Shown here: positions 1 through 9,242 of the stretch, one piece after another | Numbering within the stretch: position 1 is the first letter of the stretch | How the letters are laid out: each line of letters opens with the position of its first letter | From: a bacterium | GTDB taxonomy: Bacteria; UBA10199; 2-02-FULL-44-16; JAAZCA01 | Length of the DNA: 64,000 bases | Reading direction: 5' to 3' | NCBI GenBank assembly: GCA_963674695.2 | Contig: CAXXGI010000002.1 | Coordinates: 1 to 64,000 of the forward strand | Notes under the pieces: model-generated | The model's input: only the letters and a program-made list of their open reading frames with translations | Told to the model about the DNA's origin: nothing | Databases searched by the model: none | Translations under genes and position numbers: made by a program

Positions 1-479
1 TTGCAGAGACGTCGCAGCGGCTTTTCGTTGAGAAACCCCGCCGTCACCAAGACGTTGCGCAGACCCTGGCCGCGCGCAAGTGCGCTCGTGTCATAGGCAT
101 ACTCGTAGAAGACATTCGGGTCGGTGTAGGTATACGCGATCGACGGCGCTTGCGCCTTCTTCGTTTCACGCACCACCGCCGCGGGCGGCAGGTCGATGTT
201 CTTCGTCTCCTCCGGGCCGCGCTGACTGATCTCCCAGTTCTGGCAGTAGAGACAGTGGCCGTTGCATCCAGCGGTGGCGATCGAAAAGATGCGCGTGCCG
301 GGCAGGAAGTGATAGAGCGGCTTCTTTTCGATCGGATCGAGATGAACGGCACAGGGCTTTCCATAGACGAGCGAGATCAGTTCGCCATCGCGATTGTAGC
401 GCACACGGCAATCGCCGCGCTCGCCCGGCGGGATGGTGCAGAAGCGAAAGCAGAGTTCGCAGCGAACGAGGTCCTTCAT
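1..479 (-). CDS. amrS: AmmeMemoRadiSam system radical SAM enzyme (partial, runs off the window start)
   Basis: Not in the ORF track. Manual translation gives MKDLVRCELCFRFC...GDCRVR...HLDPIEKKPLYHFLPG...AGCNGHCLYCQNWEISQ...IAYTYTDP, with the CxxxCxxC motif and the family DPIEKKPL motif. Its ATG overlaps the upstream TGA. Confidence 0.9.
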   Translation of the reverse strand, partial: MKDLVRCELCFRFCTIPPGERGDCRVRYNRDGELISLVYGKPCAVHLDPIEKKPLYHFLPGTRIFSIATAGCNGHCLYCQNWEISQRGPEETKNIDLPPAAVVRETKKAQAPSIAYTYTDPNVFYEYAYDTSALARGQGLRNVLVTAGFLNEKPLRRLC

Positions 480-763
480 TCATGCACCTTTTTTTCGAAT
501 GCCGCGGGATGGTCGGAGAGTTCCCCTTGCTCGATCAGACGCTCCGTCCGGTTGCGATTGCGGCCCCGACGACGCCTGCGTTTTCCGTTCTCCATGCGCA
601 GCTCTGTTTCAATTGCAACGGGCGCCTCGATCGCACCCTTCGGAAGCGAAACGGAGGGCGCATCCGTGATCTGTGGATCGCGCGCCGCGACCGACCAGGC
701 CGTGGCGCCGAAGACGACGCCGACGATCAGGGCGAATACCAGATTATGAACACGTGGGGACAT
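476..763 (-). CDS. Small membrane-anchored protein, possibly the frameshifted N-terminus of amrS
   Basis: MSPRVHNLVFALIVGVVFGATAWSVAA hydrophobic N-terminus. Its end (SDHPAAFEKKV) resembles the segment that normally precedes VRCxLC in AmrS. Confidence 0.5.
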   Translation of the reverse strand: MSPRVHNLVFALIVGVVFGATAWSVAARDPQITDAPSVSLPKGAIEAPVAIETELRMENGKRRRRRGRNRNRTERLIEQGELSDHPAAFEKKVHE

Positions 764-1924
764 CCTTCCTCCGCGAGCGATGATGAAGGGCATGACGCAG
801 CTTTGCGCCGACGAGGGCAATGAGATCCAGGACGAGTCCGGTCGGGCAGAGAAACCGACACCAGACGCGTCGCACGAAAAGCGCGGCCACGAAGACGATG
901 CCCGTCAAAACGATGACCGGCGTAGGTGGCGGCCAGGCGAAACAGAGCGCGAAGGGCTCGATCGTCCGGAAGGCGAAGCTCCCGAGTGCGGCAATGCCAT
1001 AGATGGCGACGATGAGGACCACCCAGCGCAACCAGCGCAGGTTGCTTGAAAGCCTCTCCGTGGGACGACAGGTTGGCAACGGCAGGCGTGCGAGCCCCTC
1101 CTGCAGGGCGCCGAAGGGACAGAGGTAGCAGCAGTAGAGATTTCCGCGCAGGAGGCAGGCGAGGAAGGCAAAGATCAACAGGATGATGAGCGGCAGGCGC
1201 GACCAACCCGGCAGGATGCCGCTGCGCAAATCGAACTGAGCGTGTCCAGCGAGATCGGCGCGTTCAGCCAAAAACCGATCACGGCAATGGAGAGGCCGAG
1301 CGCCGCCCATCGCAGCCATCGTCGGCGAGGCCGCAATGCCGCAAGCGTCGCCAGGATCGCAAGCATCAGGACGGCACCGCCACCGATCACCGGGCGCCAC
1401 GACATCGTCGAAACGACACCGCCAGTCGTCGCCTCTCCGCGGATCTCGCGCGCCACGGCTGTTGCGGCCGTCTGCACGTCGTCGCGGATCGCCTCGGAGG
1501 AGATGGTCGCTCCCGTCACCGCGTGGATGTCGGAGAAATCGGCACCCCCACGCCGACCGAGGAATTGCTCGAGGAATCCAGAACCGATGATGCGCTGCAT
1601 GAACTCCACCGTCTCGCCATGCCCGACGACCTCGATGACGGTGATCGTGCCATCGACGCGCATGCCGACGAGCACATCGATCTCTCCGCGATAGCCCGAC
1701 ACCGGCGGCGGCACGCTTGAGGTGATGAACGCCGCGCCGACGAGATTGCCGCGCGCATCGGCGAGACGCCAATGGTCGACGGGTTTGAGGACACGTTCGG
1801 CGCTGGCGGCGCCGGGGACGAGGGCGATGAGTTTCTGTGGAGAAGGGAGGGAGACGGCGGCGACGCGCGTCGCACCCACCAAAGCCATCGCTGCAACTAT
1901 GATTACCTGAATCGCTCGACGCAC
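744..1924 (-). pseudogene. FMN-binding (flavinylated) domain plus 4Fe-4S membrane protein, NosR/RnfG-like, split by a frameshift at about 1237
   Basis: The first frame (GTG 1924 after GGAGGG) has SGYRGEIDVLVG and the flavinylation motif AVTGATISS. The second frame continues FDLRSG...YCCYLCPFGALQE...WCRFLCPTG, two CxxxCP motifs. Confidence 0.75.
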
Positions 1925-2001
1925 TTTTCCCTCCGGAGGAGTGTGGATTTTGCGCCCCCGCTCCCCGGGTGTCAAGCGATGCGACTGCCTGGAAAGTGTG
2001 C

Positions 2002-2031
2002 AAAAAAACGCCCCGGTGGAAACCGGGGCGT
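2002..2031 (-). terminator. Intrinsic terminator after the lipoprotein gene
   Basis: ACGCCCCGGT-TTCC-ACCGGGGCGT hairpin followed by a T run on the minus strand. Confidence 0.75.
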
Positions 2032-2049
2032 CGTGAAGAATCGAAATCT

Positions 2050-3620
2050 TCAGATCTCCTCAGGCGCAATGCACAGCTGAGGAAGCTTCCTAAAAAAATC
2101 TCAAATAAAGGGACGAACTCTCCCGCACCATCGACCTCCAACTCGATGATCTTCTCCTTAAAACAACTATAGGCATTGGATTCCGCGATGCACGCGTTCA
2201 CACTTGAGAAGCAATCCTCATATGGAAGAGACTCCACCATCTCTCCGCAAAACACATCGATCTTCTCCTTCTTGCACGCCTCATACGCCTCTTCTTCCGG
2301 AGATGGCTCCTCATCCTTGATGACGATCGTCTTCTCATCATCCGATGCCACCTCGAAGAGGCTGAAGATTCCGTGCGCCGCGGGGGAGAGCGCGCCGATG
2401 AGCTCGATCTTCTTGTCGATCTCCACCGTGGGATCGTTGCGCAAGCGCATGAGCGAGCGCAGGTAGGGATCGGCCACGGCGCCGGTGAGCAGGAGCGGAT
2501 CCTGCCCCTCGGAGGCATCGACGGTATAGAGAGTGAGCCCGACCAGGAGTTCGCTCGTCACCTCCACATCGAGACGTATGCCGAACGGCGGAAACGCGGA
2601 CACGTCCGAAGGTTTTTCCTTGTCCTTATCGAACATCGTCGGCCTATTCGAACTCCCGGTGATCAGCGTGTTCAAATCGAGCCCCAGGTTACTCATCATG
2701 CGGGGACTCGCCGCACCCGTCAGATCGCTCGGTGGCGCGCTCAGGATCTCGATGAATGGCCCGACAGTCGGATCGTCGGCCATCTGGGCATACTGCACGA
2801 ACTTCGGCGTCCCGATGACAATCATCCCCTCACCCGTCTGGGTCGCATATGTATCCCGACCGAACGGATAGATCCCCTCCTTCTCCTCGGGAAAGAGCGT
2901 CGCGAGAACCGCATCGGGATCATCCGGATCGACCAGGGCGGAAATGATATGCAGGATATCCTTGAGCGTCTTGTTCCCCTTCGTTTGAATCACGAACGCA
3001 TACCCGCTGCAGCGATCGATGAGCCCGCGGCTGGCGTCCTTCTCCGTCGTGACGATCACCTCCCCATCCTCAGACGTCTCCCCGTCCTGATCCGGCACGA
3101 TGATGGTCATCGCCTTCTCCTGATCCTGATCCTTCAGGGCACACCCGATGGCAAACGCGCTGATCTCGCTGGGGGGAAGCGCGGATGCCGTCTTGGGAAG
3201 CTCCAGACCGGACTTCGTCTTCATATCGAGGTCGGGCATGATCCCCTCGAGGGCCTGCAACACCACCTGCGAATCGCTGAGCACGCTCATATCCAGGCCG
3301 ATGAAGATGTCGATATTCGGAGGAAAGAGAGAGGCGCTGCGCGGGTAGTGCGAAACCGTCGCCTCGGCGCTTTTTTGCTGTGCATCTCCCTCGCAGACAT
3401 TCTTGTAGACCTCGGTCACCTCCGGCGGAACGGTTGCGCTGTCCACGGGGGAGAGAAAGCCCGCCTCCCCGGAATCGATCGAGAGCTCGCCGCCGCCATC
3501 CCCTTCATCCCATTCGCCGCCGGTGATCTGGCCGCCGCTTTTGCAGGCCGAACCGAGGAGGCCAAAAGAGATGAGGAGAAGACAACAGACCAGGAGACGA
3601 AGATGATAGATTCTGTTCAT
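2050..3620 (-). CDS. Acidic hypothetical lipoprotein of about 520 aa; probable frameshift near 2095 before the likely stop at 2050
   Basis: Signal peptide with lipobox LLGSA-C and a Cys-containing C-terminal domain. As given, the frame reads through a terminator; the adjacent frame gives FFRKLPQLCIAPEEI* just before it. Confidence 0.6.
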
Positions 3621-3650
3621 GGTTTTTGCCCCTTTCTCGAGGAGAAAGAG

Positions 3651-3666
3651 AGCAAGGATCGTGCCA
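3651..3666 (-). promoter_or_regulatory. Sigma54 (-24/-12) promoter for the lipoprotein gene
   Basis: Minus strand TGGCACGATCCTTGCT matches the TGGCAC-N5-TTGCW consensus, 30 nt upstream of ATG 3620. Confidence 0.8.
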
Positions 3667-3893
3667 ATGAATGGTTAAGATAACCCCTTGATATCATGCT
3701 TCATCTGATATCCTCTCGCCCTTTCAGAATGAGAATGACACCCCATGAACGTCAGCTTCTTGACGGCCTCGTCATGGGCATGAGAAGGAAGGGCAACAAG
3801 CAGATTGATGACAAACCCTGGCTTTATCATTCCCGCTTTTGCGGGAATGATAAAAAATCTCTATACTCGACATATTCGAAGAGAGGGCCATCG

Positions 3894-5342
3894 ATGACCT
3901 GGGATCGAACGAAACTGCAGGAGCTGCCCACCGTCGGCAGCGTCATCGCTGCGGGGGATGAGCGCATCAAGACCTACAGCGAGGATACGATGATGACGGG
4001 GCATCCCGATGCCGTCCTTATCGCGCGGGATGCAAAGGAGATCGCTGAGGTGCTCGCCTTTTGCGACGGCCATCGCATCCCGGTCACGCTCTGTGGATCG
4101 CAGACCTCCATGACCGGCGCCTCCGTTCCACAGGAGGGGCTGCTCATCTCGACGGAGAAGCTCGAGGGCCCCGTCGATATCGTCGAAGAGGACGGAGAAA
4201 CGCTCGTGGTGACTGAACCCGGGATGATCACGGCCGACCTCCAACGCGCTGTTGCCGAGGCCGGGCACTTCTACCCCGTCGCACCCACCTCGCGCGATGA
4301 ATGTCGCGTCGGGGGGAATGTCGCCACCAACGCGACCGGCGAGGACTCCTTCAAGTATGGCCCGGTGCGCCGATATGTGAAGCGCCTCGAGATCGTCCTC
4401 CCCGATGGCGAACGACGCACGCTCGAGCGCAAACCGGGTGACGCCATCAACGACGAGCGCAACCGCGCCGGCTATCTGGTCGACTGGACAAACCCGATCG
4501 ATCTCATCATCGGCTCGGAGGGAACGCTCGCCTTCGTCTCGCGCATCTGGCTCAAGCTGCTTCCACAGGTGCCGTCGTTTTTCTCGGCGCTCATCCCCAT
4601 GCCCTCGAATGAAACCGCACTGAATCTCGTCGTCGAAATCGCCTCGGGAAAGACGCCGATCGCTCCGCGCACGCTCGAGCTCGTCGACAGCGGCGCGCTC
4701 CAGATGATGAAGACCGCCGAGGGCTTTCCCGCCATCCCGGATACCGTCGCCGCGTTTCTCTATATCAAACAGGAATATGCGAATGAGGCCGAGCGCGATT
4801 CGTGGCTCGAACGCTGGTATGAAGCAGTACTACCGCACGTGGGTGAGGAACTCATCGACCACCTGCTCGTGGCGATGACGCCGACCGAGCAGGAGCAATT
4901 CCGCCTCTGGCGACACCGCATCCCCGAGGCGGCAAACGAACACGGCCGCGAATACTGGGCTGCGGGTGGGGGAAAGATCGGCAGCGATTGGTGGGTCCCG
5001 ATCGATCGACTCGTGGAGATGATGCACTTCTTCTATGATGTGGCGAATGCGTCTACACTTCCCTGGATGGGATATGCACACATCGGCAACGGGCATCCGC
5101 ACACGAACCTCCTGGCCAAGACGGCAGAGGAAAGGGCGCGGGCGCACGATGTGCTGATTCAGTGCTGCCGTAAGGCGGTCGCGCTCGGCGGAGGGGTTGC
5201 GGGCGAACATGGCGTCGGCAAGATCCATACCGACTTCATGCCGATTCAGCACGCGCCGGAGGTGATCGAACGGATGCGCACCTGGAAGCGCCAGTACGAT
5301 CCCCATCTCATCCTTGGGCGAGGCAACCTCTTCCCGGAATAA
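3894..5342 (+). CDS. FAD-linked oxidase (GlcD/D-lactate dehydrogenase family)
   Basis: GSQTSMTGAS, GGNVATNATG, LIIGSEGTL, HIGNGHPH and AGEHGVG motifs. Confidence 0.88.
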   Translation: MTWDRTKLQELPTVGSVIAAGDERIKTYSEDTMMTGHPDAVLIARDAKEIAEVLAFCDGHRIPVTLCGSQTSMTGASVPQEGLLISTEKLEGPVDIVEEDGETLVVTEPGMITADLQRAVAEAGHFYPVAPTSRDECRVGGNVATNATGEDSFKYGPVRRYVKRLEIVLPDGERRTLERKPGDAINDERNRAGYLVDWTNPIDLIIGSEGTLAFVSRIWLKLLPQVPSFFSALIPMPSNETALNLVVEIASGKTPIAPRTLELVDSGALQMMKTAEGFPAIPDTVAAFLYIKQEYANEAERDSWLERWYEAVLPHVGEELIDHLLVAMTPTEQEQFRLWRHRIPEAANEHGREYWAAGGGKIGSDWWVPIDRLVEMMHFFYDVANASTLPWMGYAHIGNGHPHTNLLAKTAEERARAHDVLIQCCRKAVALGGGVAGEHGVGKIHTDFMPIQHAPEVIERMRTWKRQYDPHLILGRGNLFPE

Positions 5343-5376
5343 AAAAAACAGCGGTCCCGAAGGCCCGCTGTCTTTG
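5341..5376. terminator. Terminator between convergent genes
   Basis: A-run, then ACAGCGG...CCGCTGT hairpin, then CTTT. Confidence 0.55.
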
Positions 5377-5392
5377 CTCGTATGCATTTTTC

Positions 5393-5743
5393 TCAGTGCC
5401 GCGGACGAACCTCGCCCGGCATCGTCTCCTGAATCGGGCTCCATCTCGGCGCGCCAATACCGTCCCGAAACCCCGGCCCCGGATAAAACGACCGCTTCCC
5501 GGAGGGCACTATCAGTTTTTTCCGCTGTTGCATCTCCTTCGGCGAGACCTGGACGTAGGCGCTCGTCCCGCTGGAAATGATGCCATTCACGTGGCTCTCT
5601 CCCGCCAGGTCGACATAGGCCACGCGCCCATCGGCGAGCGTCGCATTCGGCGTCGCCACGATCGTTCCATCGGGGGAAGCATAGGCCTCGGTTCCATCGG
5701 CGAGCGTCATGTTGGGTTTGGGGATGCTGATCACTTCCGTCAT
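5393..5743 (-). CDS. Hypothetical protein with an internal duplication (NMTLADGTEAY / NATLADGRVAY)
   Basis: AGGAGG RBS; preceded by the sigma28-like motif; no signal peptide. Confidence 0.7.
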   Translation of the reverse strand: MTEVISIPKPNMTLADGTEAYASPDGTIVATPNATLADGRVAYVDLAGESHVNGIISSGTSAYVQVSPKEMQQRKKLIVPSGKRSFYPGPGFRDGIGAPRWSPIQETMPGEVRPRH

Positions 5744-5783
5744 CTGACCCTCCTTGTGTGGCTGCCTCCCTGCGTCATCATCT

Positions 5784-5810
5784 GTATCGTCAGATCACCA
5801 TAAAAGTTGC
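5784..5810 (-). promoter_or_regulatory. Sigma28-like promoter 1
   Basis: GCAACTTT-tatggtgatct-GACGATAC. Confidence 0.7.
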
Positions 5811-5889
5811 GTACAAAACGATCAAGCAATGATCGCGCACGCGGACAGTTCGATAATGCGATGGGAAAGGGGGAAAATAGGGGTGGATC

Positions 5890-6447
5890 TTACCAGGAGC
5901 GAACGGGGCCGACATCGATGTGCACGAAGGTACTGCGGCGATAGACGCCAACGCCGCCGGCGCGAAGCGCGCGGGCATATTTTCCGAGCGTACGCTTTCC
6001 TACGCCATCGAAGCGAATATCCATGGCCATGCCGCGGATATGATGGCTGTCGTGCGCAACGCGACGCAGGCGACGGCGCAGACGCGCATTGTGCTCCGGG
6101 CTGCGATAGCCGGAGACGACGCGCACGTTGGGCACGTCAAAGTGGTCCTGCATATGGTCGATCAATTCGATGAGTTTGAGCGAAATCGGATGGGTCTTGC
6201 CCGCCCCATGGCAGCGCAGGGTATGGTCGATCGCCTCGAGCGCCGCATCATCATAACGCCCCTCGTCATCGCGGTAGACGATGGCGATGCGCTCGCCAGT
6301 CTGGACGTCGTGGATCGCCAGCTGCCCGTCGCCCGTAAACTGAAAGGGAGAATCGTGCAACGCCGCCGTCTCGAGCCTTCCCGTCGGCAACAACAGGAAG
6401 CCGAATCCGACCACGATCATGATGATAGACTGGATGCTTGCCCTCAT
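5890..6447 (-). CDS. YcbK/DUF882 (peptidase M15A, MepK-like) protein
   Basis: VVSGYRSPEHN, SHHIRGMAMDI and GVGVY...FVHIDVGPVRSW; hydrophobic N-terminus. Confidence 0.88.
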   Translation of the reverse strand: MRASIQSIIMIVVGFGFLLLPTGRLETAALHDSPFQFTGDGQLAIHDVQTGERIAIVYRDDEGRYDDAALEAIDHTLRCHGAGKTHPISLKLIELIDHMQDHFDVPNVRVVSGYRSPEHNARLRRRLRRVAHDSHHIRGMAMDIRFDGVGKRTLGKYARALRAGGVGVYRRSTFVHIDVGPVRSW

Positions 6448-6464
6448 ATGCCCCTCATGCTTAT

Positions 6465-6492
6465 GTATCGGCAGCGCGGAGGCAAAAGTTTC
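6465..6492 (-). promoter_or_regulatory. Sigma28-like promoter 2
   Basis: GAAACTTT-tgcctccgcgct-GCCGATAC (12-nt spacer). Confidence 0.55.
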
Positions 6493-6531
6493 GTCCAGAC
6501 TTGAATTGGCACCCCCGGAGGGCATCGCCGG

Positions 6532-7428
6532 ATGAATCGTAACTTCTTGTATTTCCTCTTGTTTATACTATTTGCCGGGCTGCCGGGCAGCATCGCGCAG
6601 GCCTTGGAACCCCTCAAAAATGATGGGAAAATTGCGATCTTCAACTACCATGAGCAGGAATTTTCAGAAATCTCCTACCGAAACGGCAAATTCTATCAAA
6701 AAGATGGGCTCAAACAGATCGATCAGCTCCTCCGCTCGCGCGATGGAAGGGTGCATTCGATCGATCGGCGCCTGATCGAGCTGATCGACCACCTCCAGGA
6801 CCACTTCGGCGCGGAGACGGTGGAGGTGATCTCGGGATACCGCAGCCCCGCTTACAACCGATCACTTCGGATGAACGGCCGCGACGTCGCGGGCGAGAGC
6901 CTTCATATGAAGGGGATCGCCGCCGACATCCACATCGACGAGATCGACGAAGAGACGCTCTTCGACTACGTGCGATCGCTGGGCTTGGGCGGGGTCGGCC
7001 TCTATCCGCGCTATGCCTTCGTCCACATCGACGTCGGCCCGGTGCGCACCTGGCGGGGAAAGCCGGTGGAGAAGCGGATCCTCGTCGGAACGGAGAACAA
7101 TCCGAATGCGGCCTGGGCAGCCATCACCGACCGCAATCACTACGTACGAAACGAAAAGCTCACCGTCGCGGTCACCAACAACGGCTATGAACGCGAGCGC
7201 CTCACCCCCATCGTCTGGATCGAACGCTTTCGAAAGGGGCGTTGGGGCGATCAGCGCAAGATTCGAAAGATGGCATCCGCTCGCCTCAAGCCCGGCCAAT
7301 CACAGACGCTCACCTGGACAATCCCCGAGGATCAACCACTGGGCAAATACCGCCTCGTCATCTTCCCGAGCACGGACTTCACCACCACTCCGCCGATGTT
7401 CTCGAACGAATTCTATGTGCGGAAATAA
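6532..7428 (+). CDS. YcbK/DUF882 peptidase M15A with a C-terminal Ig-like domain
   Basis: Signal peptide; ISGYRSPAYN, SLHMKGIAADI and FVHIDVGPVRTW; beta-rich C-terminus. Confidence 0.88.
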   Translation: MNRNFLYFLLFILFAGLPGSIAQALEPLKNDGKIAIFNYHEQEFSEISYRNGKFYQKDGLKQIDQLLRSRDGRVHSIDRRLIELIDHLQDHFGAETVEVISGYRSPAYNRSLRMNGRDVAGESLHMKGIAADIHIDEIDEETLFDYVRSLGLGGVGLYPRYAFVHIDVGPVRTWRGKPVEKRILVGTENNPNAAWAAITDRNHYVRNEKLTVAVTNNGYERERLTPIVWIERFRKGRWGDQRKIRKMASARLKPGQSQTLTWTIPEDQPLGKYRLVIFPSTDFTTTPPMFSNEFYVRK

Positions 7429-7469
7429 CGCATCATACGAAAAATGATTGGAAAAGCCGCCGCCGCTGT

Positions 7470-7540
7470 TGTCATCCCCGCGAAAGCGGGGATCTCGATG
7501 TTCCCTGACAACCGAGATTCCCGCTTTCGCGGGAATGACA
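7470..7540. repeat. REP-like palindrome (GTCATCCCCGCGAAAGCGGGGATCTC...GAGATTCCCGCTTTCGCGGGAATGAC)
   Basis: Two internally palindromic units in inverted orientation; the family recurs elsewhere in the window. Confidence 0.85.
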
Positions 7541-7545
7541 TTCCT

Positions 7546-8154
7546 TCAAATCTGCGAATACTCAGAATCCTCCGAGGGGGGCTCTTCTTCCGAACTCTCC
7601 GTCACCGCGCGTCGAACGATATAGCAGCGCTCTTCGAGGAGTTCGCCATTCACGCCGTAGAAGCGCACACCGAGATCCGGGCGATTGGCCTCGATGATCG
7701 CAAAGCTCGCGGGGGCGCCACGGTCGTGATCGCTCTTTAAGTGTCCCGGATTGATGACGATGAGGCCGTCGACCGCATCGGCCGCCCGATACTGGTGGGT
7801 ATGTCCGTGCAGGAGGACATCGACGCCGTAGCCTGAGCGCGCACGCCCCGGGTTGATGTCGCCGATCCGATCATGTTTGTCGCGACCCGGCGTGTGGCTG
7901 AGCATGAAGACGATGCCGCCGAACTCCTTGATGAGGCGATGCGGAATGCGCGGATCGTTCCAGGCATCCTCATACATTCCCGGAACGGCATAGACGCGCC
8001 GACCGCGCGCATCGAGCTGGAGGGCATCGGCATAGTCATCGCCCAGGTGGAGAATCGCCTCCACATCGAAGGCCTCGATCATGCGATCGGCCGCCTGCTG
8101 CATGCGAACGATCTGCCCGTGCGTGTCGCTCATCACTCCGATGATCATCACCAC
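7546..8154 (-). CDS. YfcE-family metallophosphoesterase
   Basis: SDTHG, HLGD, HGHTH and INPG motifs. Confidence 0.85.
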   Translation of the reverse strand: MVMIIGVMSDTHGQIVRMQQAADRMIEAFDVEAILHLGDDYADALQLDARGRRVYAVPGMYEDAWNDPRIPHRLIKEFGGIVFMLSHTPGRDKHDRIGDINPGRARSGYGVDVLLHGHTHQYRAADAVDGLIVINPGHLKSDHDRGAPASFAIIEANRPDLGVRFYGVNGELLEERCYIVRRAVTESSEEEPPSEDSEYSQI

Positions 8155-8301
8155 TCCCTTGATGCGATGCCGAGAGAAAACACGAAGCCACCTGAAATGA
8201 CAATGAAATTCATAACTGCGCTAGAAACTGTCGTCACCGGGAGATAATCACACATGTAAGAATGTCGTGCTTTTTTGGGCCCTCCGCCCTATAGCACCGG
8301 C

Positions 8302-9144
8302 ATGCGCGACCGAAAGCCACAACCCACCACCGTCGCCCTCATCCAGATGGATGTCGGCCCGGAGCGCGCCGACAACCTTGCGCGCGCTCGCGCGCTGCTG
8401 GCCCGCGCCGCAAAGCGCGGCGCGCAGATCTGCTGCCTGCCGGAACTCTTCTCGTATATGGGCTCCTTTCACGATCCGAACGCCGTGGCCGAGGACGAGC
8501 GCGGCCCGACACTCACCATGCTGCGCACGGCCGCGCGCGAACATCGGATGACGATCGTCGGCGGCTCGGTCCTGATGCGACAGCGCCGAGGGCTTCCGCG
8601 CAACACCTGTTTTCTCCTCGATAGAAACGGCCGCATTCGTGCACACTATTCCAAACTCCACCTCTTCGATATCGAGGTGAAGGATAGGATTCGTTTTCTC
8701 GAATCGCGCTTCATGCAGGCGGGCACACACGCGACGGTGGCAAAAACTCCAGCCGGGGTGGCGGGCTTTGCCATCTGCAACGACCTGCGCTATCCGGAGC
8801 TCTTTCGAAAAATGATCACGGCAGGTGCACGCATTATCTTCCTGCCCGCTGCCTTCACGAAGTTCACCGGTCGCGACCACTGGCTCGCCCTCACGCGCGT
8901 GCGCGCGATCGAGAACCAGTGTTTCCTCATCGCCGTCAATCAGAGCGGTCGCAATGTCGACCATGTTCGCTTTTTCGGCTCGAGCGTGGCCATCGACCCG
9001 TGGGGAAAGGTGATCGCCGAAGGACCCGCACAGGGGGACGCAATCGTCATGGCCCAGATCGACCCAACCGCGGTCGATCGCATCCGCCGCGAGCTCCCCG
9101 CGCTAAAAAAGATCCGCCGCGCCATTTTGGTCAAACGCTTCTGA
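8302..9144 (+). CDS. Carbon-nitrogen hydrolase (Nit1/YbeM-like)
   Basis: LPELF, YSKLHLFD, ICNDLRYPE and RAIENQ, giving the E-K-C triad. Confidence 0.9.
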   Translation: MRDRKPQPTTVALIQMDVGPERADNLARARALLARAAKRGAQICCLPELFSYMGSFHDPNAVAEDERGPTLTMLRTAAREHRMTIVGGSVLMRQRRGLPRNTCFLLDRNGRIRAHYSKLHLFDIEVKDRIRFLESRFMQAGTHATVAKTPAGVAGFAICNDLRYPELFRKMITAGARIIFLPAAFTKFTGRDHWLALTRVRAIENQCFLIAVNQSGRNVDHVRFFGSSVAIDPWGKVIAEGPAQGDAIVMAQIDPTAVDRIRRELPALKKIRRAILVKRF

Positions 9145-9178
9145 AGTAAGCCCGGCCCTCGGCAAATCTAAAGAGCGC

Positions 9179-9205
9179 GCAACTTATCCCCGCTCCCGAC
9201 GATAC
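9179..9205 (+). promoter_or_regulatory. Sigma28-like promoter 3
   Basis: GCAACTTA-tccccgctccc-GACGATAC. Confidence 0.7.
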
Positions 9206-9242
9206 AAATCAGTGCAACCAGCATTACCATAGGGAGCAGACC

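Noticed and set aside
480-497. A-AAA-AAG slippery site as a programmed -1 frameshift fusing the anchor ORF to amrS
   Set aside because: The -1 frame meets TGA (GGT GCA TGA) just before the amrS ATG, so slippage there would terminate.
744-3620. 958-aa lipoprotein-ferredoxin fusion ORF
   Set aside because: It reads through a terminator, and its middle is the off-frame shadow of the FMN-binding gene. It is a chimera produced by two frameshifts.
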